Below, in pieces: positions 39,506 to 50,211 of a DNA stretch of 64,000 nt. Positions within the stretch are counted from its first letter, which is position 1, and each line of letters begins with the position of its first letter. Origin of the DNA: Oikopleura dioica (taxonomy: Eukaryota > Animalia > Chordata); the NCBI GenBank assembly GCA_907165135.1, contig OU015567.1, forward strand, positions 1,426,001-1,490,000. Reading direction: 5' to 3'. The translations under genes and the position numbers were made by a program. A model generated the notes under the pieces. It was given only the letters and a program-made list of their open reading frames with translations. It searched no databases and had not been told where the DNA came from.

Positions 39506-40377
39506 TTTCGAAAAAACTCAACGAACAATTGGCTTCGAACTCTGCAAGAAAATTATCGTGACATTTTAAGATAGCAATCACGCGTCAGGAAGCGTGAATT
39601 TTTATTGTTTATTGCACAACGCGTCAGCATGACCATCAAGCTCTTTTTGCGGATCAATAATGAACTCAAAAACTCTGAGGATTTTGGACAATCTCGCTGT
39701 GAGCGCGATAGTTATTGAAGAAGAGTATTGACTTGAATGGCCAAAAATCAGGCGAAGGTCATAATTTTCAGTCATTTATTTATTCACCAGAGGTCAGAGC
39801 ATTTCCTCATTTGAATAGAAATCGTCAAAAAGTCTTTTTATTTTGGATTTATTTTAAAAGAATATATTCATATTAACGCTCATATTATATGCGTCATATA
39901 TAACAATAATAACAATATTTTTCTGATATTTTCTTCGCATATTTCTTAGTAAGTTCCTCGTTGCGATATTGTATTTATTTGAGTAACAGTAAGGGCATCA
40001 TTTTTTTTATTGTTTGAAGAAGTCTCATCTCGTAAGAAATTTCACAGGCAAATTTTATATTCATATAAATCCCGAAAGGCTACTGCTCCGAACCCTTAAG
40101 CGTTTAGAGACCACCTGGCGAGATAAACAATTTATCCTCTTCTCAAACAAGTTCCAGCCAAATTGAATCATTTTTGGCCAGGCTAAAGATTTGTGGCGGT
40201 TTGAAAGACAAAAATTATGCTTTTTAAAAGAGAATTTGGCGAGACAATCACAGATTCGGTCAGTTAATCAATTTTATGAAATGGTATAAAATTTAAAAAG
40301 GTTCTAAATTTAAACTCAGAATGACCTTTAAAAGCGCTGCTAACAGTAATTTTCTTCATTTTTGGTCTTTCCCTTAG

Positions 40378-43351
40378 CTTCTTCAACCTGAACAGAGAAT
40401 TTAAAGAACTCACACAAAAATATGAAGAATTTGAAAAAAATCTTGAGAAAACGAGTGCGCCGATAGCTCCCCAGAAGCTACATTTTAACCAGGGACAAAG
40501 AAAACTTCAGTCTTTTCAGGTCGATTTAAGCGTTTTGATAAAGTAAATAACTTGATTCAGAATGAAGTAGATTCAAGAATGCCAAGAGTTCGTCGGTCAT
40601 TACCTGATGCTATCAATTTTGTAAGTAAAAATCCCTGTTTCTGTCAGTTTTATCATCAGATGAATTTCAATAAGAATTTTTGGGCCAAAAATTTTTTTTC
40701 TGTTGCAACTACATATTTTGAAAGCCCGTAAAAAGTTTCGCCGATTCCCGAAATTCTAGGGTGAGATGACGTCATTATGACGTCATCAGCCTCATTTTAA
40801 AAATTTTCAGAATCCACGCTTTTTGAAGGGGTTCCCCCTTAGAAATTTTATTTTTCTCGACGGAATCTTGTTCTTGATCGAATAAGGAAGGTTGCAACGC
40901 AAAAAATTTTTCGAACCAACCGGTTTAGACCGCGGTAAATCGCGGTTTGTCCAGTTTTTAGCCCCAAAACCACACATATTATACAGTACACTCGCACAAT
41001 TTGGCCCCGCACAATTCGGCCCTTTTTTCGAATTTCGCTAAAACGTTAGAAAATCGCACAATTTGGCCCCCCTGACCCTCTTCATCAAAACTAATAAGGG
41101 GTGGACCACTTTGACCAGTGTGTAATATGGGCAATGCTAAGCGCTAATCCTTTGAGCTCTGATAAATACGAAATGAGCTCCCACGGTGCATCTCGCCGAT
41201 AAAACTTGTCGATCTATCACCTTCCCTATCCGTTCATGAGCAAAAAAGATGCAACATGCCCACCGAAATGTGCTCACTGATCCAGTGATACTCCTCGGCT
41301 CAACTTGAGACAAGCGTTGCGTCGAGTCGAGTCGGCCCCTGCAGGAGTTTACACCTGGCGGTGGGCACAGTTCTCCTCCATCAGCGCAACTTGGCGCCTT
41401 CCTCGACTGAGAGTGCGTGGTCCATCAGATTTCCGGCATTTCAATAACTGAAAATCTTCGGATCTAATCAGAATGGTTATTATAGAAGGAAATTTCCAGC
41501 AACATACAGCCTGTATGATACATAGGTGTAATGGTAGAAAAATCAACCCCATGATCGCCTTTCTAAAACTTCAATTATGATGCAGATTTAGAATCGCGAG
41601 GTCACGGCGATCATTTTGGTACCAGGTATATTTGAATCGGACTTGATTTTCGACCGATAATGAGCCTCTGAAGTCCCCAAATGAGCGCTAGAAATTTTCG
41701 AGCGCCCGGAAAGGGATGAATACTCCATCCAGTGATAAGACCCATAGTCCCAGTTTGTAGAGGAGATTCTATTCTACCAGAATCAATTTACAGAAGTTGT
41801 GAACAGGGACGAGAACTCAGACTAACGATTTTGCCTCGATTTTACCCCCTTTTTGGGGCTTCTTTCGGTGCTCGTCCTCACTAAAGCCCCTGTTCACCCT
41901 TTCTGTGAATTCATTCTGGTAGAAAAGAACCTCCTCTACAAATTGGGACTATAAGTCTTATCACTGGATGGAGTATTCATCCCTTTCCGTGCGTTTTCTA
42001 GTGTTTAAAAGATTAACTTCTTAAAACTAACAAAAACAACATCAACTGACAGTTAATCAACCGGGGCTGAAAAAGAGTTTTTTCGGAAGTCGCACAATTC
42101 GGACCCGCACAATTCGGCCCTTTTTCGACATATCGCAAAAACAAAAAAGGGCCAAATTGTGCGAGTGTACTGTATATCAATCGACGCAGAATTTAATTAT
42201 CTTTTCAAAAAAAAGCTAACCACGGTTAACCAGGCCTGAACCAACCGGTTAAACCACAAATAATGAGAAAAACGCAAAAAATTCAAAAAATTGGCGAAAA
42301 AAACGCCAAATTCTAGAAAATAATTATTTTCTCTAGTATTGTGGGGGACTGTGAGTTCTTTGCAGCCGCCGCCGCGATCGTCGCACATTGGGCAGATGAT
42401 CTTCTGGTAGAATTGGCGCGCGTTCCAGACGTACACTTCTCCGCGCTCGCATTTTAGTTAGGGCATGCGTTCTGAATATTGCGTTATGTCCAATGACTTA
42501 TGTGTTAGTTTGGGTAGGAACAAGTTGGTTGAAGTACTATTTTACCTTTCTTTCGTTGTTTCTCGGCGTCACGTTCCTCCTGGTCGTCTTCTGTCTTGAC
42601 CAAAATCTCTTGAATATTTTGAACGAGGGCTCCTCCGTCTTGATTTCTTGCTTCATGCTTGCCGGACTTGGCAGCGAGGTCGACTGCGAACGCTGTGGTG
42701 GAGGAAATGAGTCGGATATAATCTAAAGTCTCTGTCAGGGACTCCCTGATGTATTGTTTTTAGGTGAGTTTTACCTGTGTCCATTTTTGAGGAGTGCTGT
42801 TAGTTGTTTTGATTTTGATGTTGACTGATTTATCATTATTTCAAAAGAAAATTAAATTCTGCGTCGATTGATATATAAAATGCGTGGTTTTGGGGCTAAA
42901 AACTGGAAAAACCGCGATTTACCGCGGTCGAAACCGGTCGGTTCGGAAAATTTTTTAGGTTGCAACCTTCCTTATTTGATGAAGAACAAGATTCCGTCGA
43001 GATAAAAAAAATTTTTAAGGGGGAACCCTCTCAAAAAGCGTGGATTCTGAAAATTTTTCAAATGAGGCTGATGACGTCATAATGACGTCATCGAGCGCTA
43101 GAATTTGGGTAATCGGCACAGTTTTTCCTGGGCTTTCAGAATATGTGTTAACCTCAGAAAAAAATTTTTCGCCCCAAAAATTCTTATTGAATTTCATCAT
43201 CAGCTTTTATCTTTCAGTATTTTTATCTTTTTTATTATTTTTGTAGGATCAATTCAACATTTTCATGCAAATGAGTGCAGCTGAAAAAGCAGCTCGGAAG
43301 AAAGAAATCGACTCAATTATGGGAGTGGAGTTGCTCGAAGACAATTTATAA
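40378..43351 (+). CDS. 3' exons of an unknown gene whose intron hosts the nested transposon complex
   Basis: Exons FFNLNREFKELTQKYEEFE...SFQ | NEVDSRMPRVRRSLPDAINF | DQFNIFMQMSAAEK...LLEDNL* joined by GT-AG; 5' part unresolved. Confidence 0.5.
40984..42172. mobile_element. Tc1/mariner-type non-autonomous element inserted in the left TIR of the long-TIR element
   Basis: TIR CAGTACACTCGCACAATTTGGCCC both ends, TA TSD, subterminal GCACAATT(T/C)GGCCC repeats. Confidence 0.9.
41707..41989. mobile_element. Palindromic MITE nested in the Tc1-like element
   Basis: ~100-bp inverted arms CGGAAAGGGATGAATACTCCATCCAGTGATAAGAC...; TSD not evident. Confidence 0.78.
42458..42836 (-). CDS. Small three-exon cargo gene (~98 aa) between the long TIRs, possibly decaying
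   Basis: MINQSTSKSKQLTALLKNGHR|ESLTETLDYIRL...EKQRKK|ERMP*; GT-AG introns of 29 nt (42746-42774) and 74 nt (42472-42545). Confidence 0.5.
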
Positions 43352-43451
43352 GTTATAACTGAGCGTATTTAAGAGAAATAAAGGAAAATTCGATAAATCG
43401 TAATTTTTTCAAACTTTATAATTTTTAACAAAATGACAAGATCTCACATAT

Positions 43452-43847
43452 TCAGTTATGACGAAACAACTCATCTATGAAGTCTTGTGCGGGAATTTTG
43501 GTTATCTGATCTGTCCGTTTCGGAGGTTTAGTAGGTGTTTCAGTCGGTCCTTCTACTGCTGATTCAGTTGATGCTTGAGTATTCTTTGCTTTAGTGGCCG
43601 CCTCAAATTTACGACGGTCGAATATCTCTTTTAGCTTTTTACGGATAAATTGAAGTAGAATGATGAGCTCTGTGAATTTATGCAAGTCGAAATTCTAAAA
43701 AACACGTTCACCCCTAAAAGTCAAATCAAGAAGTGGGTTTAAGAGACTCATAAAGAGTGTAACTTACTCGTCCCAATCTTTGATCTTTGGATGTTGAATT
43801 ATGCCGGCATGCGTGAACGCAAATATTCCTATAAATAAAACTTTCAT
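43452..43847 (-). pseudogene. Truncated, frameshifted paralog of the adjacent serine protease N-terminus
   Basis: MKVLFIGIFAFTHAGIIQ and RKKLKEIFDRRK match 44249-46208; 1-nt deletion in exon 1 relative to the paralog; no protease domain. Confidence 0.65.
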
Positions 43848-44248
43848 GGTGAGCTATTATGATTAAACTGCCTGTCTTGAAGAAACTTCAAGATTATTAC
43901 AAGTCACAACATTAAAGCAAGCCTTGTTAAACGTGCTGACATTGAGGAAGTACAAATAATATCAATTAAAAAATCTGACTGCAGAACCGGGCTGCCCGCC
44001 ACCCCTTATAATTCATAAATAAAGGTGAAACGGGATCATATGTGAAGATGGCTGACAAGAAATTCAGCTGAAAGCGATGGTTTACTGCTTTATTAGATAT
44101 ATAAAAAAGACTCCATTCTTGTTGAGAATGTTATACAATTATCGAAGAATTATTTTTTAACTAAGAGACTCGAACTTTATTTGGACAATTCAAGAGGGAG
44201 TTGTGCTCTTATAAGAATTATAATAATTTCATAAACGGCACCGATTTT

Positions 44249-46208
44249 TTAATAATTGGTGACTGTCTCATGAATCCAGGGTTTGGCGACAAAAACAGAC
44301 GAGTAAATAGCAGGAAATCCTTCTGCAGCACATATGAATCCCCTAGAAACAACACCACTAAGCGTGGCTCGACCGTTGATCGGACAAATGAGGGGTCCAC
44401 CAGAGTCACCCTGGCACGGACTCTTGCCGCCATCAGTAATATTGTCACCGTTGAGATCGGGGACACCAACGCAAATATCGTCCGCGACCAACCTCAAGAT
44501 TTTTCCATAATAACCTTAAAAATATTAATCTCACGGATGAAAAGCTCTCAAAAAGACTAACTTTTGTTGGTGCAGTATTCTTGGCTCATTATGTTTACTC
44601 CAACAGATACGAGCTCGTCAGATCCAGTCGTTCCTCCTTATTGAATGAAAAAAATTATTATGTTTTTCGATCTCTTACCAGGAGACGTAAGGCCCCATCC
44701 AGCGGTCCAACACGCTTCCCCGTGATCCGGCTCAGCGTCTGGAAGACAAGCGATTCTTGTTTTTTTTTCTGGGTCCGCAGCAATGATATTATTGTCAAAT
44801 TTGATCAGACACCAATCTGAGTTAGCTCCAGTGCCGTCTGACATGTTGCCATATTCTGGGTGGTTGTAAAATTCGGTTGATCGGAGAAAATACTGGTCTG
44901 AGTCATAAGTGTCAGAATCGATATCACCAAATGTCGCGTAGATCTCCACCATGTCCTCGCAGCAATGTGCAGCACTCAACACCCAATTGGTGTGGATGAT
45001 AGTGCCACCGCATCCACGTCCACTTCCGCTACCAATCGTTTCTCGCAAGAAAAATCGAGTTATCCAAGGCCACGAGTTCTCACTAGCTGCGACACCACCG
45101 ACAATCCTCGATATTCCCCCTGTCTCTGTTATATTGCCGGAAGGAAAGTTGACGTTGTTGGTGCAGCTGTCGAGGTCGACAGTGAGAATGTCACTCAGGG
45201 GCTTAAACTCCGAGGAAGAAGTTGTTTGTGCCTTAGTTGATGTTGTGCCTGGTTCAGTTGATTCCTCTGTTGGTTGAACAATTGGTTTCTCGGTTAGCGG
45301 TTCAGTTGATGGCTCTGTTGGTGGTTCAGAAGGTTGCTCTGTCGGTGGCTGAGTTTGTGGTTCTGTCGGTGATTCCCTAGGTTGCTCTGTCGCTGAAGCA
45401 GTTGGTGGTTCTGTCGGTGGTTCAGTAGGTGGCTCTGTCGGTGGTTCAGTAGGTGGCTCTGTCGCTGGTTCAGTTGGTAGCTCTATCGCGGGTTCCATAG
45501 GTGACTCTGTCGCTGGTTCAGTTGGTGGTCCTGTCGGTGGCTCAGTAGGTGGCTCTGTCGCTGGTTCAGTAGGTGGCTCTGTCGCTTGTTCAGTAGGTGG
45601 TTCTGTCGGTGGTTCAGTAGGTGGCTCTGTCGCTGGTTCAGTAGGTGGTTCTGTTGCTGGTTCAGTTGGTGATCCAGTAGGTGGGTCTGTCGGTGGTTCA
45701 GTAGGTTGTTCTGTTTGTGGTACAGTTGATTGCTCCGTCGGAGGTTCAGTTGTTGGCGGATCTGTTGGTGGCTCTGTCGTTGGCGTCCTCGGCGGTTCAG
45801 TTGATGGCTCTGTTGATGGTTGAAATGGTGGTTCCGTGGGTGAATCAGTTGGTGGCTTTGTCGTTGTTGGTTCTGCTGGTTGTTGAATAGTCTCTGCATC
45901 AGGTACCATGCCGGATTTACGACGGTCAAGTATCTCTTTGAGTTTTTTCCGCATGTAACGAAAAATGATCATTTGCTTTATCCATCGATGTAAGGTAAAC
46001 TAAATATAAAACGTTGTTATATGTTTAAGGTTAATTCTCAAATAAAGATGAAGGAACCATGATTTTTTTTATAAAATGTATTCCTTCAGTCTGCTGGTGA
46101 ATGCGGATTCTTAGAAAGTTAACTCACTTGCCGCGATCTTTGATTACTTCGTTGTTGAATAATCCCGGCATAAGCGAATGCAAAGATAACAAGTATTGTA
46201 ATTCTCAT
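44249..46208 (-). CDS. Secreted S1 serine protease with PTEP-repeat stalk
   Basis: Signal peptide, activation site R|IVGG, triad AAHC / SDW / GDSGGP; S1 residue 189 is Ser (KSPCQGDS), so chymotrypsin-like rather than tryptic. Confidence 0.93.
45290..45870 (-). repeat. Coding 12-bp minisatellite encoding (P/A)TEP
   Basis: Alternating ggttcagtaggt / ggctctgtcg(g/c)t units. Confidence 0.9.
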
Positions 46209-46550
46209 AACGATGTTTTATCGTTCCATTATATTTATGCCCTTTAAATACTATCAGTAAAAGCGAGACTGATGGCGAGCAAGAGCTAAATAAAATTTCA
46301 AAAAGTTGACTTACAAATCTGAACTTAGATTTCCCCCTTAGCTAGAGTGACAGATCTTGTCACGGACCGAATGTATCGGAAGCATAAATTGACATATTCT
46401 GAAAAGTTTCAAGTGTAGTAATATATCTCTAAGTCAGGGCATGACTAATCCGGAATCGCAGAAGATACAGACTATAGAACTTGTCTTCATCCACGTTTTC
46501 TGTCGCAATTTTCACATAAGGATTTTTGGAAGAGAATTTATTTTCATTCT

Positions 46551-48225
46551 TTAAGAATAACGTTTGACAAAATCGCAAAGTTTTTGAATCGCATCAAACA
46601 TTGTTTTGACTTCTTTTTCAACAAAATCTTCCGGGAGCGATTTTTCCAAGCCAATTTTTTCTGATGCTTTCATGGCATCGCCTCCGTTGAAATCTGAAAA
46701 AAACAATCGTCATTATAAATTTTACTTAACGAAACCAATGTAACAAAGTCGAGAAGTTAGCTCCTCTTCCGGCCTAAGAAAACTCGGGCCACCAGGCATC
46801 AAGGCGACTTTCTCTTCTTCGAAAAGAAGATCGCACATATCTTGGCCGGTCTTGCAGCTTTTCTCAAGAAGCTTTGCTCGGCAAATTTCGAAATCCGGGA
46901 ACAGATAAAACGCAGCAGAAGCTACAAAGAGATCAATACTTCAACCAAATTTTGAGTTTTCTTTCTACGATTAATTTAAATTTTTTTTCCGTCCTTGATT
47001 ATTTCGACCCATTCCTGGATGGCATTTGACTCCAACTTTGACAAGTTCTTTGTAAGCATAATCAGTTACTGCTCCAAGAATTCGCTGGAAGTGCTTATTG
47101 TAATTTTGCATTTCTTCTTCGAACTTGTACAATTTCACTGAAGCCCACTAGAACCACAGGTTTAGCAATAAATTTTTTATCGTTTCTACCTGTATCGGCT
47201 CAGCTACAGTAGCATAAGTTTGACCACCTTCTCTGATTACTGCATCGTAGAGGGGTCTAAGCTCTTTTGGAAACATAACGTAACCGACTCTCCAGCCTCC
47301 TCCGCCGCACCATTTTGCAATGCCGGAGCAAATCAGCGTTCCTTCTGGGTAAAATTTCGCGATAGAAAGATTTTCTCCTCCATTAGTGAAGCACCGAGCG
47401 TAAATCTCATCCGACAGGACGATCAGATCTTTTTCTCGGCAAACGGCACTTAGTTTTTTGTTAATGAAAATGGACGAGATAAGACATACGCAAGGGATTG
47501 CAGCTCTTCTTCAGAGTAAACACATCCTGTTGGGTTATCAGGGTTGGTGAAAACGAGGAGGGATTTCGGTGGAACAGGATTAGTTCTCAAAGCATCGCTG
47601 AGCATTTTTGCAGTGAGCTTCCAGCCGGTTTCGTATGTTCGATCAATTCTGAAGAGACATTTTATCGAAGAATTTGTCGCAAAGAAGGATGTTTTGTTTG
47701 TTCTTACCTGATAATAGCTTTTCTTGCCAGTTTTGTCTGAGGCAAGTACGTCGGCCAAGCTGGAGTCGGAAGCACAACCGATGTTTCAAGCGCATTTTTG
47801 ATCAAATAAATGAGCTCTTTCGATCCAGGAGCAACGATGACATCATCAGCTGTGAAATGATGAACATCATCGAGTTTTTTGTGAAAATCAACAATCGCCT
47901 CGCGAAGGGGCAAAATGCCTTGAATGGGCGTGTAAGTTGATCGCGCAGCATTGTTCTCAGAGGATTTTTCGACGATTCGGAGAAGAAGAAATTCAGAAAT
48001 AAGGGGGAATCCTTTCCTGAAGCTCTTTCACAGCTCCTTCTGGAACAGGAAAAGGGCACTGGCCGAAACCAAGATGATGGATAGTTTCTCCTTCTGCGCG
48101 CAATTTTTTGATCTAAGAATTGCATGAAATTGCATGTTTAAAAAATTCTAGAAAACCTTTTCGTTGAACTGCATATTCGCCGAGCCAGTTCCGCCCCTCA
48201 AATCGGCCTTGATCCAATCAGCCAT
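46551..48225 (-). CDS. PLP-dependent class I/II aminotransferase (aspartate aminotransferase-like)
   Basis: HLGFGQCPFPVP, VAPGSKELIY, TNPDNPTG, SDEIY-like region, PLP lysine in AKWCGGGGWRVG. Confidence 0.9.
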
Positions 48226-48490
48226 TTTTGTGCTCGTTTTTCTCTCTCGGTTGATAATGAAATTTATGAAAATTTCAATGAAATGGGTGAGTCCAGAAAG
48301 GGGTGTGTCAAGAGTTAATACAAAATGTTTCCAATTAAAATTTTCTCACAGGCGTTTATTTGCTCAATCCGATCTTGAGAAGAGTGAACTTATGCTCGTC
48401 TGAAACCAAATGCGTCAAAATATCGGGATTGTTTTGAGTAAACATAAGAAAGCATTTTATTCTCGAAAAGCTTCAATCATTTATTGCAAT

Positions 48491-50014
48491 TTACAGATCA
48501 TTATAAGCTCTTCTTCTTCTTGTTCTGCCGTTTTCTCCGCAATTTTCATTAAAAACACTTCCAGTAGATTCATCGCAACATTGGATATCACTTCTGTAAG
48601 GAATCGGAACTTCTGAAATCGCCTCACCAGCAGCATCAATTTTCGAGCAGCACTTATCCGGGAGTTGATAAGGGTATCGGCTGAACATTTGACGCGTTTT
48701 GTAAGGCGTTGCTTCGCATATTTCAGGCATCAAACGATTGTAGCAAGAATCGGCTTGGAGGGAGATACATACTGTTGATGTCTGAAAAAAAGGGTTAAGA
48801 AAAAAAAATAATTACTGTTTTGAACCTAAGATGCTATGCGCCAGCATTTGACCAACGCCGGTGTAGTTGGTCACATGATCTTCCCATTGAATCACTCTTC
48901 CACATCTTCCTTGATCTCCGAGTCCATTGCATGCCATCGTCTGGAGATGGTTCTGGTAGCTTAACTCGTTGAGGCGCGTCCTGGTTTTGTTGTGCGCGAT
49001 GGTGAAGACCGCTTCGAATTGCTCGTGGAGAATGTTAACTTCTTCTTCATATTGTGCCTTTTGATCAATTTAAAAATGAGTGAAAGGAGAAAACTTACCA
49101 ATTTATCAGAATTTGAAGTCAAGAAATTGTCCGCAATCGATGCAATTAAAACCCTAGTGGTTGGCACTTCTAGAGTGTTATTCCGAAGTTTCATATCTGC
49201 AGGAAGAATACTGTCAGACGTCGTAAAAATATCTTCTCCTCGAAGCCATTGAAGTGTTTCGATGACAGATGGCTTGTGGCAAAGTGGTTTTTGTTCGAAT
49301 TCAAGCGTTCCAGAGCACTAGAAAAAGGCGTAAATAAGAGAAAATGAGGGTTTACAATACATATGGGGGAGGAGAACCATCTTCCCAGTTTTTGTAAAGT
49401 TTGCAAACAAATTCTTCTCTGGACAATCCATGATCCAAAGTCACGATTTCATGAGCCTGTTCTTGCTGGCCGAAAATCGCCACTCCAACGCGAATATTTT
49501 GATTTTCAAAAACCTGCTCATTTTCGATGTTTTCCACGAAATCCTTGACAATGTCGATTTGTTCTTTTATTCCATCGTAACTTGTTGGAATTTGATTAAA
49601 AAGATCGATCCCGAGATCTTTTTTGTCGGAAACGGAGCAGTCTGGCTCGACGTCCTCGGAGAAATCAAGGAGGAAGACGATGTCGATTTGGCAGGCTTTG
49701 CAGATGCAGTGCCAGCAGTGTTTGTGAACGAAGCGGATTCCGCAGTTGGGATAATTGTCTTCAAAATGGCTTAAAAAGAATTTTGATATCCCGATAATTG
49801 CGCCTGAAAATGGGATGGTGTCTGGAACCGACAAAAAAATTTGGAAAAGTTTTGCGTGGGCGGCTACTTGGCTTCTGATTGACCGATTTGCTGAATCTAG
49901 GCTTCTGATTGGTTGAAAATTTCCACGCAAAAATTCCTAAAAATACCTTGAACTGTACCAAACAGCATCGTGAAAAGCAACTATCAAGCCTGACAGATAC
50001 AGAAGTAATTTCAT
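48491..50014 (-). CDS. Secreted VWA-domain protein with Cys-rich termini
   Basis: Signal-like MKLLLYLSGLIVAFHDA; DIVFLLDFS...IRVGVAIFG; degenerate MIDAS; C-terminal CC motifs. Confidence 0.7.
49812..49937. mobile_element. MITE family C, partial copy
   Basis: GTCTGGAACCGAC...TTTTGCGTGGGCGGCTA...CTGATTGGTTGAAAATTTCCACG shared with 53389 and 53851 copies. Confidence 0.75.
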
Positions 50015-50211
50015 ATCTTCCAGTTCTCTCTTTTGTTTTTAAGAAGAAAATAGGATGCAAAGCACGTAAAATCAGATTTTATGATCTGAAAACGTCACGG
50101 GCTGAGTTAATTATCTTTCCGATGATAATTATTATGATGACTCATGTGATTACAAGGCTGTTTATTTTGATGCTGATTTACAAATTGTCATTTTTTACAG
50201 AAAAATAAGTT

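Larger units (their letters stand above)
40660..43197. mobile_element. Long-TIR (foldback-like) non-autonomous DNA element with cargo
   Basis: ~360-bp imperfect TIRs (40660-40983 plus 42173-42212 vs about 42840-43197); 6-bp direct repeat CATCAG at 40654-40659 and 43198-43203. Confidence 0.88.

Noticed and set aside
41100-41640. Transposase remnant inside the Tc1-like element
   Set aside because: No DDE/DDD or HTH motif found in any frame
40660-43197. Polinton/Maverick assignment
   Set aside because: Only TSD length fits; no AG-starting TIR, no polB or integrase, far too small
45290-45870. CRISPR-like or viral repeat array
   Set aside because: 12-bp coding minisatellite without spacers, in frame with the protease
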